DNA from: Chrysemys picta bellii
Lineage: Eukaryota
Length of the DNA: 64,000 bases
Direction: 5' to 3'
NCBI RefSeq assembly: GCF_011386835.1
Contig: NC_088792.1
Span: 259,470,001 to 259,534,000, forward strand
This document shows, piece by piece, positions 1 through 11,199 of the stretch. Position numbers and translations under genes: made by a program. The first letter of the stretch is position 1, and each line of letters starts with the position of its first letter. The notes below the pieces were generated by a model. The model ran no database searches and was not told where the DNA came from. It saw only the letters and a list, made by a program, of their open reading frames with translations.

Positions 1-1205
1 GATAAAATTTATTTAAAAACCATTGATACCTCCCAGGACAACTAAGATCTTTTCTGCAGATGTGTTTGTATGGGAGGGAGGAGAGTTTGTGCATTTATTT
101 CTTTTTTGTGAAAAATTTTCATGAAAACAAAATCACCGATTTAGATGAAGGAAAACAGCATCGGATTAACTGCTAATTACCAAAATGTTGTTTTCAGGTG
201 TCGATAATAAAGGTAAATACTGAATGTATTACATTTAAATAAAATTCTTATTATCAAAATGGTCAGTTTCCATGGGGGGCTTTCTAAACCAGCACATGAT
301 TGTTTTCCTGTTAAAAGCAAAACAAAGAAAACTTTGAATATCGACTTTTAAAGTTTCTTCTGATAAGATTTACTGTGCCCAAATGGCATTTTTGATGGCA
401 GTCACAGTACAGTTTTCAGTAGTTTATAGTGCTAGGATTATTCAGTTCTGTTCTCAACTGAAACATTTTACAGTATTGGTTACAACAGTCATTATTTACA
501 AATGCAGAGCACATTCCAGCAGTGCAGAACTATGCTGATCAAAGTTGAAATTCCTTTCACCATTGGGTTCTGCATTTCCCAAAAGTATTTACTATATTTA
601 AGGAAAGTGATTTTCTGAAAAATAATCCTAATATGCATATGAACACACTAAAACATGAACAGGGAGAATACTGTGAACATGTTTGCTATAGACCTGATCT
701 TTCTAAAGGAGTACTTTCAAAATTGCTGCTATATTCCTGAGCAATTGACAGTATAGTATTAGTGTGTTTATCTCTTTAATTGTCTTCAAATCTTTACAAT
801 TGTGCTTCTGGTTAATGTTACATATAATATTTAACTGAAATTAGAGACTTATTCTGGCTGCAGTTCAAAGACTTGTAAATAATTGCTGCATTGCTACATG
901 CCCAGACAGTGCCTATCATTGGTATATACAGAATAGATTTGCTAAATAGTGGTCAAGTGAGCTTATTGATTTGTGCACTTATCTTTTCAGGTTCTTATAC
1001 CAAGCCCATGATATAGTAATCTGAATGCCATAATATGAATTAGACTAAATCCACAGTAGGATAACATATATATGATGATGATATATAGGATTACATATAT
1101 ATGATTAACCTACATATGCAGGTTTTGTATTATAATATTTGAATAGGCCTGTTTTTCTAATGAATGGATTTAAACTATTCAGGTGGTTTTCTTGGTCTTC
1201 CCTAG

Positions 1206-1280
1206 ATGTAATCAAAGAAAAGGGGTTAGAGCATGTTACTGTTGATGACTTGGTGGCAGAAATCACTCCCAAAGGTAGAG
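1206..1280 (+). CDS. ENY2: ENY2 (SAGA/TREX-2 subunit, Sus1 orthologue), penultimate coding exon
   Basis: Acceptor ttcttccctAG and donor GTAAG. 75 nt encoding (D)[24 protein letters not shown], matching the vertebrate ENY2 sequence I recognise. Phase is compatible with the next exon. Confidence 0.96.
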
Positions 1281-1952
1281 GTAAGAAAAGTAATGTCATT
1301 TAATGCAAAAAATAACCATTAATGCCACACTAAGCTTACACATTTAAATACTCTAGAAACTTTGTCTAAGCACCAATAACTTTAACACATTGCATATAGA
1401 GGAAAATATAATATAGTCTAACTAGTAATCACAAATGGGCTACATGTGTAAATTCATATTGCCATGAAAGCCTTATCGTTTCTGCGCTGACTCATGTATT
1501 TAAAATAAATCTTTTTATATGTAACTTTCTTTTAAAAAGACAGAAAAATCTGCTTAACAATTAAATGCCCCAGTAGTCTCATTGACCATAGTAGAATTGT
1601 GTGTGTGGTGTATGGGAGAGATGTGTTCATATCTCTGTTGTTTTGGCTGGAGACCTCTGTGAGGCTGGGTTAACAGGGCAGTGGAATATCAGGGGGAGAT
1701 AACAAGAGCAGCAGCAAGAGAGACAATTTGCATCTCATGAAGAAAAGTGCTTTGTGTTATGGACTCCTTTTTGCAGTCCATTCAGTTGCCCCACAGCCAG
1801 TCAGGCCATCTAGAAAACCTCTAGTGTTAAAGAAGATAAAGCTGCTAATAAACAAACTAACAAAAAAAGCCTATTTAATATGCTCAGAAATGAAACTTCT
1901 GAATTCCTGTTCTCGGCCCCTGGCTATTCACCATGATAGAATTCCCCTAGCT

Positions 1953-2324
1953 CAGCAGTTCTCAAACTGTGGGTCGGGACCCCAAAGTGGGTTGGGACCC
2001 CATTTTAATGTGTTTACCAGGGCTGGCATTAGACTTGCTGGGACCAGAGGCCAAAGCCCGAGCCCCACCGCCCTAGGGCTGAAGCCCAAGGTCTTGGCTT
2101 GGCTGGGCTCAGGTTATAGGTCCCCTGCCCAGGGAAGCCCTTGGGCTTCAGCTTTGGCCAGCTTGCCAGCCTGGGGCAGTGGGGCTTGGCCTTTCTCGCC
2201 CCTCACCCCTGCCTGCTTGGGCAAGCTCAGGTTTCGGTACTCCCTCCTGAGGTCATGTAGTAATTTTTGTTGTCAGAAAGGAGTTGCGTTGTCAGAAGGG
2301 TGCAATGAAATTTGAGAACTGCTG
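1953..2324. mobile_element. Non-autonomous hAT (Charlie-like) MITE in the ENY2 last intron
   Basis: TIRs CAGCAGTTCTCAAA...TTTGAGAACTGCTG, perfect 8-bp TSD CCCTAGCT. Confidence 0.9.
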
Positions 2325-2595
2325 CCCTAGCTCTTCAGTTTGAGAACAGAGCTTATGGGGTATAAAGTGAGTCAAATCCTTTGCTGCTGATTGCATCTCA
2401 CCTATTGCCAAATATAAATCCTTCCTTCTTCTGCTCTCCAACCCCAACAGGAGACTGCTGAATTGGCTTGGTGGCGTTCTAGAAAAGTCTATCATGCATC
2501 AATAGAATTGCAGGGGCAACTTATGATATACTGCGCTGCATATATCTTTTTCTTTTTCTCCTATTTCTTACCTGCTTTTTTTATTTGTATTTCAG

Positions 2596-2672
2596 CCTTG
2601 GTACCAGACAGTGTAAAGAAAGAACTCCTACAAAGAATAAGAACCTTCCTTGCCCAGCATGCCAGTCTTTAA
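2596..2672 (+). CDS. ENY2: ENY2 last coding exon
   Basis: Acceptor tgtatttcAG. Encodes (A)[24 protein letters not shown]-stop(TAA), the ENY2 C-terminus. Confidence 0.97.
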
Positions 2673-2836
2673 GATTGACATTAATTCTGAGTACAGTATT
2701 TTTGTGTTTCTGTATTATGTAAATCATGCCAGAAATTGGAATACATTTTTCATGTTTTAGAATTTAAGTTCATTTTTGTATGATTAGTTACAAGTGTTTC
2801 ATTACACTGCATTAATTTCTTAAACTTGCTGTTTTA

Positions 2837-2842
2837 ATTAAA
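2837..2842 (+). terminator. Candidate proximal ENY2 poly(A) signal (ATTAAA); alternative AATAAA at 3556-3561
   Basis: Hexamer motifs downstream of the stop codon. The first is followed by a genomic A-run, so usage is uncertain. Confidence 0.3.
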
Positions 2843-3586
2843 AAAAAAAAACTTTTGTGGTTATGTGTGTTTTGAAGGCTCTCATCTTCTGTTATATTAA
2901 GCTGGTGACATGTTAATTTCCAGGCATCTTTTGCTACTTTGCACTAAGTCATTACATTAAGTCAATGCATTTTTTATGATTTTTGAATACATGAACCTGG
3001 TAAGTACAAACACATTCACTCTTTCAAAATTGTGTGTAAATATAATAGAAATGCAGATCTGAAAAAAGTAAATATCTGGACAATAGAACACAGTATTCTA
3101 TTGTATAAATCCTGTTTAGTATGGTTAATAGTTGGATAGCACCAAGGAAAATAAGGACTCTGTACAAAATTCTGTTGATGACATTCTTGCCACCAAGTAC
3201 TTAACCAATATCCCATATGGTGATAGAAAGTTACAAAAAGTGCTTTCTTTGGAGTTTTTTTTGGTATATAATTTATAGGACTTCTGGATAATAATTGAAC
3301 CTGGATCCACATTCCAACTTTACCAAAAGATGCTTTAACTTCTTTCTTTAGTTAAAAAGAAATGCTGCTACTGCTGCGTAACAACTGCAGTGTTTCACCC
3401 TTACAGCTTTCCAGTGGTGTATGAGATCCAGATATGCTTCAGTATACTTCATATACTGAGGCCCTTCTGGATAAAGATACTACATACTGGCAATTTTTTT
3501 TTTTCATCAAGCTGATGAATCTAAAATTCTGACTAGAACAGACACAAATTAAAACAATAAATAATTGTGCTGAAATAACTTACAAT

Positions 3587-4329
3587 CATAATCATCACTC
3601 CCATAATCGCATTGGTCGTTAGGGCACCACCATTGATGAGCAATCAACCAATTGTCACCATCCCTGACGATTGTGTGTCAGTGCTTGAGTCTCTGCGAAG
3701 TCCATTCCTGTCCACTCTTTTATTTTGTCAATCCATCTCTTCTTCTGTCTACCTCTTCTTCTCTTCCCCTGTATGGTCCCTTGGAGGATGATCTTGGATT
3801 GGCCAGATGATCTTGTTACATGGCCGTACCACGTCAGCTTGCACTTCTTCACGATCATCACATGAGGTCTTCATATGACCCAGCGTATTGGGTGATGATG
3901 TTGCGGACCTCTTCATTAGTGACGTCGAAGTAGGAGATGTCCAAGATTTTATGGAAGCATCTCATCTTTACAACCTGTATTTTACGTTCAAGTTCTGCCG
4001 TAAGAGTCCATGTCTTGCATGCATACAGAAAAATGGAGATGACTAATGCATGCAGCAGTTTCAGTTTGGATTTCAGGGAGATGTTCTTATTCCTCCAAAT
4101 TGGCTTTAGCTTTGCCACTGCTGCTGCTGTTTGTGCAGTTCTTGCCCAAATTTCTGCCTTGGATCCTTCATCAGTGATGATTGCCCCAAATACTTGAACT
4201 GTTTCACTGTCTCCAGCTCTTGTCTACTGACAGTGATATGTGAGCTGATCCCATCACGTCAGCTTGCCAACCTTGTGAAAGGATGGATGAAACCTCCGCA
4301 AAATATGGCATGGAAATCAGTGCAGAGAA
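3587..4329 (-). mobile_element. 5'-truncated RTE-clade LINE with 5' inversion
   Basis: Minus-strand RT C-terminal peptides (QFKYLG, LKPIWRNKNISLKSK, WYGHVTRSSG, GKRRRGRQKKRWID). Plus-strand piece encodes DETSAKYGMEISAEKT. 10-bp TSD AACTTACAAT at 3577-3586 and 4330-4339. Confidence 0.88.
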
Positions 4330-5292
4330 AACTTACAATAATAAAACACTAAAATGACCATGAGCAAGGATGATGATGCGGAGGGCTTGCAGGAGGGAAG
4401 AAGTGTTTGGCTTTTGCCATGTTCAGTTTGAGTTAGCAGTGCACTCAGGAGATAATCAGATAGGCAGGAGTGAATGGAGGAGGAGCAATCAGGAGATGAA
4501 TGAGGCAGTTGATCAAATTCCTTTTTATAAAGAGAAGCCACGTGAATCTGAGAACTGGAAAAAGGAATTCTTGTCATTCAAGTCACTGCTAAATGTGTGT
4601 TGGATTATATCAGAGAAACTCTAAAATGCTGTACTGAAAACCAAATGATAAAGCAACCAGCAACAATGGTGTCCTAGTAGGATTAGCTGTTAAATATGAA
4701 ATACCATTGAGGTTTTGTTTTAAAAGAATGTGTGTCAAATTAGACTCTGTGGTGATGGGCACATTTCAAATGTGTAATGCGGGAAAGTAAACAAATGGTA
4801 GCTACTTTCTACAATTGTATAAATTGTAGATATATAATAGAATGCTAAATGTCATTTTTTGTTCATAGAAATTGTTTTGCCAACTCAAAGTTTCTTCATC
4901 TTTGCTCCAGTCAGCCAATATCTGACAGTGTACTACAGGATTCATTATAATTTGCTCCTTGTCATGCAACTTGATAGTATTAGGTTCAGTTACTCACAAA
5001 ATAACTTTGCTATGTAGTGTAATGAAACACTTTTAGATTTCTGCGTATATTTTAAAAAATCCTAAAACATGGGGTTTGGACGCCTTTGGGGCTGAATGGT
5101 TAAGGGCTATGGAAACATCTGGATCCCAGAGAGTAGCAACCATTTTAGATATTCAGCAGCTGTTACATGAAATTAAGTAATAGACTCAATACGGTTCCTA
5201 GTGTCTTTTCCATCACAACTGGCACTTTAATGATCTGGTAGTGATGACTTAAAAGTGCTGTCCAGAAAAAAAAAGTAATCAGAGTTAAGCAC

Positions 5293-7280
5293 TTATTCTT
5301 TTTCAAGTGCTTGCTCATGTCCATTTAAGGTGTGTGTGTGCCCACGCACACAGTCGGAGATTTTTGCCTTAGTGGTACCCATAGGGTCGGGTGTAGTGTC
5401 CTCTTGAGTGCTGCGCTCATGTGCTGGTATATGAGAAGCTGCCAACCCTACATCCTCTCAGTTCCTTCTTACCACCTGTGATGTTTAGTTGGAGCACCCT
5501 GTCTTACATCGCAAGAGCATTAGCAGTTCTTACAGTCCATTGTTCTGTCTCCTTTGTTGTTAGTTGATAGGTACTTAGACCTTTAAGTTAAGTGTTAGAG
5601 TAGTTGTTTAGGAGAGTTCCGGCTGGGACTTTGCCTTGGAGCGGGGCATGCCCCATTCCCCAGGCTTTAAGCCACGTTCATCGTGCAGCCGGCCGATGCC
5701 CATTAGTGACCCCCACGAGAGCTGTTTAAAGTCTCTGGGGAAGTCCCACAGAAAAGATAAGTGCAGGATGTGCAAAAACTTTTGCCTTCAAACTCACAAA
5801 GAGCGGGATATCTGCTTGAGGGCCTTCCTCATGGAGACTGCACTTTGTTCTACCTTGTTGCCCTCTCGGTTGGACTGCACGCCTGGTGCATCGGCACGCA
5901 GCGCACCACTGGCACCAGAACCCTCCCCGCACCATTCCTCCTCCCTGGTGCCTAAGAAGCACTCGAAGTCGACAGGCCTGCCAGCACTGCAGAAAAAGGA
6001 GGCTTTGGGCAGAGGACCTATGTCAGGCCACATGCCTGCCCCGGAGCTGCTCGCGGGTACCGCTGCGGTCAGCCCCCCTAGTCCAGCCAGGGACCCATCT
6101 CCAACTCCTGGGAGCGGCAGGGGGTCTCGGACCCTAGTAGGGTCATCTGTGCCTGAAGCTGGCCCAGCGGCCAAAGAGAAAGTAGGCCAACCGGCACCGC
6201 AGACACCAAGCCAGGCAATGGATCCGGCCAAGGCCCCAGCATCTGTGGGCAAGCTCGTTATGGGACCGACCCGTAAAGCAGCGGAGTTTCCCTGATCCTC
6301 GGACCGCAGGCGTTGGTCCCCATCACCGCGGCCCTGGACCCCAGCACTGTAGCTTTGGTCCCCAATTAGAAGACACAGGTCCCTGACGCCAAGGTCTCCA
6401 CCTGCAAGGCACGGGACACCTAAGTTGCGATCTCAATCTCTGTACCCATGGTACCGTCAGGCCTCCCACCAGAGTTCGCCACGGCATAGATCATCATCGC
6501 CTATGCGGTCTCCCAGGCATCAATCCCTCCCCACAGTGTGGGATCCTTTCCGGTCGCAGCACCAGTTTCCGGCTCCCCAGTACTGCTCTTCGGGCAGGCA
6601 TCGGTCCTCGCCCTCTCCTTAACAGTCGCCTATTAGGGTCAGTCGGCAGACTCGGGCATCTACGGCTCTGCCCTGGTTACCGGCAGGGCAATGGTCCAAG
6701 CCTGAAGGGGGGTCCAAGCCTTGGCCTATAAAAGGCGAATAGCAGCGGCATGGAAGCAGGGGCAATGGCCCTCTCGGCAGTACTGGAACCCATGGGGTCT
6801 ACCTATTATTCCGGTCCCGTACTCCCACTGTTCTTCCCAGGGACATTGGACAAGTTGCCCCCGGCACAGCCAGCATCCAACTCTGAGCACGGTGCCAAAT
6901 CCAACGTGGGTGACACAGTGGGCCCCAATGCCCAAGGAGCTGTCCCTGGACGAGCAAGGGGAAGCCACCCATCCCCTGTTGTGCAGTCATCTTTGTCTCC
7001 AGACAAAGCGGTGTCGAGCTCCTCACAAACAAGCAGTCCGTCCCCCGTCCCCCCCCATGTCCTCCAAAGGGTGGCTGCCAAACTGAACTTGGAGGTTGAG
7101 GAGCTAGCAGAGGAGTCCAACGACCTCTTTAATGTTATACCCTCCTCCACCCCAGCCCGTGTCGTATTGCCCATCCACCCAGGGGTCCTTAAAATTGCCA
7201 AGTCTATGTGGCAGACCCCCTCTTCCATTCCGCCTACCTCCAAGAAGGCAGAAGAGAAGCACTATGTCCCCCCAAAGGTG
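5293..7280 (+). mobile_element. DIRS1-like tyrosine-recombinase retrotransposon, 5' part (terminal region plus degenerate gag/ORF1), 3' truncated
   Basis: ORF 5636-6295 starts with a Cys/His knuckle pattern (GFKP..C..PMP..DPH..CL..LG..H...C..C). An S/R/P-rich linker follows, then the frameshifted ORF 6750-7295 with LPIH....IAK..WQTP.SIPPT.KKAE..YVP, typical of the DIRS gag/LAP2alpha-like domain. Confidence 0.75.
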
Positions 7281-8460
7281 CCGCTTGGTCCCTAGTCCAG
7301 GGGGATGTGGGGACTGATAACAAGGGTGTCCTGATCTGGGAGATACAGGCTTTATAGCTATGAGAAATGGAATGAAGTTACTGAAAGTAAATTTGAATCT
7401 GAATGTCAGCAAAACAAACAAAAACCGAACAACTTTCTGCCAGTGGCTGTGGGACAATTTTCTGAATTAAATGATAAAGTCCTATTGCTTTAGACATGTA
7501 AAAATGGCACTGCACAAAGCATTAAAAATCCTGCAAAGGGACAGTGTAGGTGTTTTAATTGGCATTGTCCAGTTCATTCCCTGATGAACTTGAGTTGCTT
7601 ATTGCAATTGTAGTACAGTTGCTATAGCAATGGGAGACATAAGGCTTTGGAAACGTCAGAAGACTTCACTTTGAGAAGACTTCCACCACTATTATTCACC
7701 AAATGATCTAAAGGAACTCTCCTTTTTAAAAACAGCATGTTACTGGTGTTTTTGAACAGATGCTGCTTCATAGATACTAATAGATTTTCCTCATCTTTAC
7801 CTATTTTTTTCCTTCTAGAAATATAGATGTTACATTTGAAATTGCATGAATTTTTTTTTAATTCATGATGGTAGTTATTCGATATTACAGATTTGTCAAA
7901 ACTTCCTGGATTTTTCATCATTAATATGACAATCAGAGACAGTTCTATGTTTTAAAATGTGAAGGTGAGCCTATGTATTTATAAAATATTTGGGTGTTTG
8001 CATGTATTTAAAGTGTTGATTTATCCTCAAAGTGAATTATTTCTCATTATGTGTATACACAGATTATAATGTTCATTAAGTGGTTGTACACTCCTAACAA
8101 GTGTCACTGGCTATGCCCATAATGCCAATAATTCCTAATGTGCCATGCTTGCTGTTTTGCCACTCAGTTAGCATGCCCACTTTATTTCTCAGAGTTTACT
8201 ACAGATCAGTATAAAAGCATGAACTTTTCCCCCCTTATTTCTGTTTCCCAAGACAGAAAGCTAGCTTGTAGGTCATGTAGCTTTTCTATATTAAGAGTTT
8301 TTAAAGGGACCTTTTTTTAAAAGCAACCTTCTACATGTACGCCTCTACCCTTGTTCGAGTTCAGATTCTAGTAGATCTCTGTACTCTTTAGATTTCTCAC
8401 AAAGTTGCCCCTGGTAGCTTGTCTCAGGAACAATGGATGTTAGTGATTATTCTAAGGGCT

Positions 8461-8557
8461 TGTATGCATCCAAAGAAGTGGGCTGTAGTCCACGAAAGCT
8501 TATGCTCTAATAAATTTGTTAGTCTCTAAGGTGCCACAAGTACTCCTGTTCTTCTTT
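8461..8557 (+). mobile_element. Penelope-like element terminal (pseudo-LTR) fragment
   Basis: Near-identical to the terminus of the GIY-YIG-encoding Penelope copy at 46350-46446 (GCTTATGC..AATAAAT..GTTAGTCTCTAAGGTGCCACAAG.ACTCCT). Confidence 0.85.
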
Positions 8558-10042
8558 ATGCTAAAAGCGGGAGTGTAAGTGCCACTGGCTAACTGTCCTT
8601 GTGGACCCTACTGCTGTGCATTCAGGTTCACTAGTGTGCTTTTAATCTACTCCCCTTTGAAAAAAGAGTAGATCAGTGCACTGTAGATTTATGACAGCTT
8701 GTCGCGCATTAACTCTCCAACTAAAAAAGGCCTAAATATCACCTGACATGTAGTTTTGCTCTAGTTATACTTCATAGTTGCTGTAGAATCAGATAAACTG
8801 GAATTTTTTCCATTTACTGCAATAGGTGTGAGATCAGGCCTTGAGAAGCACTCTGCAGAGTTTTTGTTATGCTCTCATTCAAAGTTCTTGCGCTAACTTA
8901 TAAGAGCAGTCAGGAAAATTTGAAGGAGCTATGTTACTTCCTTTCAAGAGAGAAATGAGTAGACATGCATAGTATTAATACATAAAATAAATTAAGCGAG
9001 ACTACTCTTACTAAAGGGATAGGGATTAGCAAAAAACAAAAAGCCAACAACCACTTTGTGTTTCTTAGCCAATTTCTCTCCTTGTATCTGTTACCTTTTG
9101 TTTCTAAAACGTGTCTAAATTCCTACCCAAGCCCTGATTCATCAGAGCATGTAACTATTTTCTTAACTTGAAGTATGTGAGTCAGTCCATCCTATTAATC
9201 AAAACATTTAAGCATGTCATGGAATTCAGAGGAATGCAATAATGGAAAAAGAGCACCGTTCCATTCTTAGACTGTACTAAAAATTAAGAATTTCAACATA
9301 ATAAATGTAAGTCTAGATGCCTACAACCAAGTGGATTAACCAAATGTGGAGCTTGCTTTGTGAAAAACTTACTCAAAAAAGCAATTATATATATATCAAC
9401 TAATTATTGCTAGTGGAAACATCTGTTAAAGATACCTGATAGCTGTCCTTAAAAAAGGAAGTACAGGTGAGAAATGAAAAGCACAGAATAAATAGTTCAA
9501 CAAAATTTCATTTTAGGTTCTACAGATATTCATAACATCAAATTTCTCTGTTAGAAGGTGAGGTAGCCCTTTAAGGAAAATTGGGCTCAGACTTCTTGTG
9601 CTTAGTTTTTCACCTTTAGGGTTTGAGATAGTGCTTGTGGCAGGTGACCAGGCATCATGTGATGGTAGGGTTGAGGTGGGTGGGGGAAGTAGTGCTTTCT
9701 ATAAAAAGTAGCCTATTCCATTTAGCTGTGGTGAGAGATAGAGTTGTAAGGAAATTAAAGGTATCTGTGATGGGGTTGGTAAGGAGCCCTATACCAACTG
9801 CACTGGAGCTACCTGTAGGAGGCTGCCAGGAGCAAAATCCCTTTAGAGCAAATGAAGTAGCCTTGAGCAATATGTGTAGATGGAAGAAGCCTGCACTACA
9901 CAGTGCAAATGGGTGTTGAAAGGAGTTGATACTTGTGCTTATTTAAGGTGCTAGGCTGGGACTTCCACTGAAGGTGGGAGATAGTCCACCCCTTCTACTA
10001 GACTGCTCAGTCTGGCAGGGTGCAATAGACTAGAGTGCTTTA

Positions 10043-10590
10043 TTCATAGATTCATAGATTCTAGGACTGGAAGGGACCTCGACAGGTCATCGAGTCCAGT
10101 CCCCTGCCCGCATGGCAGGACCAAATAAATGTCTATCAGGGATGGTCTAGACAGTATCTAACCTAGTCTTAAATATCTCCAGCGATGGAGATTCCACAAT
10201 CTCCTTAGGCAATTTATTCCAGTGTTAACCACCCTGACAGTTAGGAACTTTTTCCTAATGTCCAACCTAAACCTCCCTTGCTGCAGTTTAAGCCCATTGC
10301 TTCTTATTCTATCCTTAGAGGCTAAGGTGAACAAGTTTTCTCCCTCCTCCTTATGACACCCTTTTAGATATCTGAAAACTGCTATCATGTCCCCTCTCAG
10401 TCTTCTCTTTTCCAAACTAAACAAACCCAGTTCTTTCAGCCTTCCTTCATAGGTCATGTTCTCAAGACCTTACATCATTCTTGTTGCTCTTCTCTGGACC
10501 CTCTCCAATTTTTCCACATCTTTCTTGAAATGCGGTGCCCAGAACTGGACACACTACTCCAGTTGAGGCCTAACCAGTGCAGAGTAGTTA
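10043..10590 (-). mobile_element. CR1 LINE 3' fragment
   Basis: ORF 10158-10457 [23 protein letters not shown]...[17 protein letters not shown]. The (AATCTATG)n tail reads TTCATAGATTCATAGATT on the + strand. Confidence 0.93.
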
Positions 10591-10836
10591 CAATAGTTAG
10601 CTAACAGTACAACCATTTGGAAAGATCATTGTGGTTTGCTGAGACCCTCTGCAATTTTCAAGTGGTCCGCAGGAAAAAAAAGTTTGAGTACTGCAACAGA
10701 CTATGGTGTCCTGTGACAGTGGCTTTGATTGAACACAAGACTCAGTCAGGTTGTGGAACATCTGTGTTGTTGAACTTTTAATACCCTAGATCAGGGGTGG
10801 GATATTTGTGACTTGCACAAGTAGATGGGATGGATC

Positions 10837-10960
10837 TAGGGTGACCAGCTGTCCCGATTTTATAGGGACAGTCCCGATATTTGGAGCTTTTTCTTATATA
10901 GGCCCCTATTACTCCCCACCCTCTGTCCCGATTTTTCACACTTGCTATGTGGTCACCCTA
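10837..10960. mobile_element. 124-bp hAT MITE
   Basis: TIRs TAGGGTGACCA...TGGTCACCCTA, perfect 8-bp TSD GATGGATC. Confidence 0.92.
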
Positions 10961-11199
10961 GATGGATCTGAGATCCGTGAGTGAGGACACTGAGACAGCA
11001 GTAAGCTCTAATGCTGGATGAGGTGAGCCCGTTAAAGGCATCTACTGCAGAAATTTAGGTTTCTGACTAGCGTAATTTTTAGTGACTTCATGTTTATTCC
11101 TATTAATGGGAAACGGCTAGCAGACAGCCTGGGAACATGCCTCGATTTTCATGTAAGTTTACACACTGCTCTCTCTCGCTTACAAACGTAAAGAAGAAA

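Noticed and set aside
7622-7921. Minus-strand 99-aa ORF containing KRRVPLDHLVNNS, loosely reminiscent (from memory) of a short fibrocystin-L segment
   Set aside because: Only a few matching residues, on the wrong strand for PKHD1L1, with no supporting neighbouring exons. Most likely chance; tblastn would settle it.
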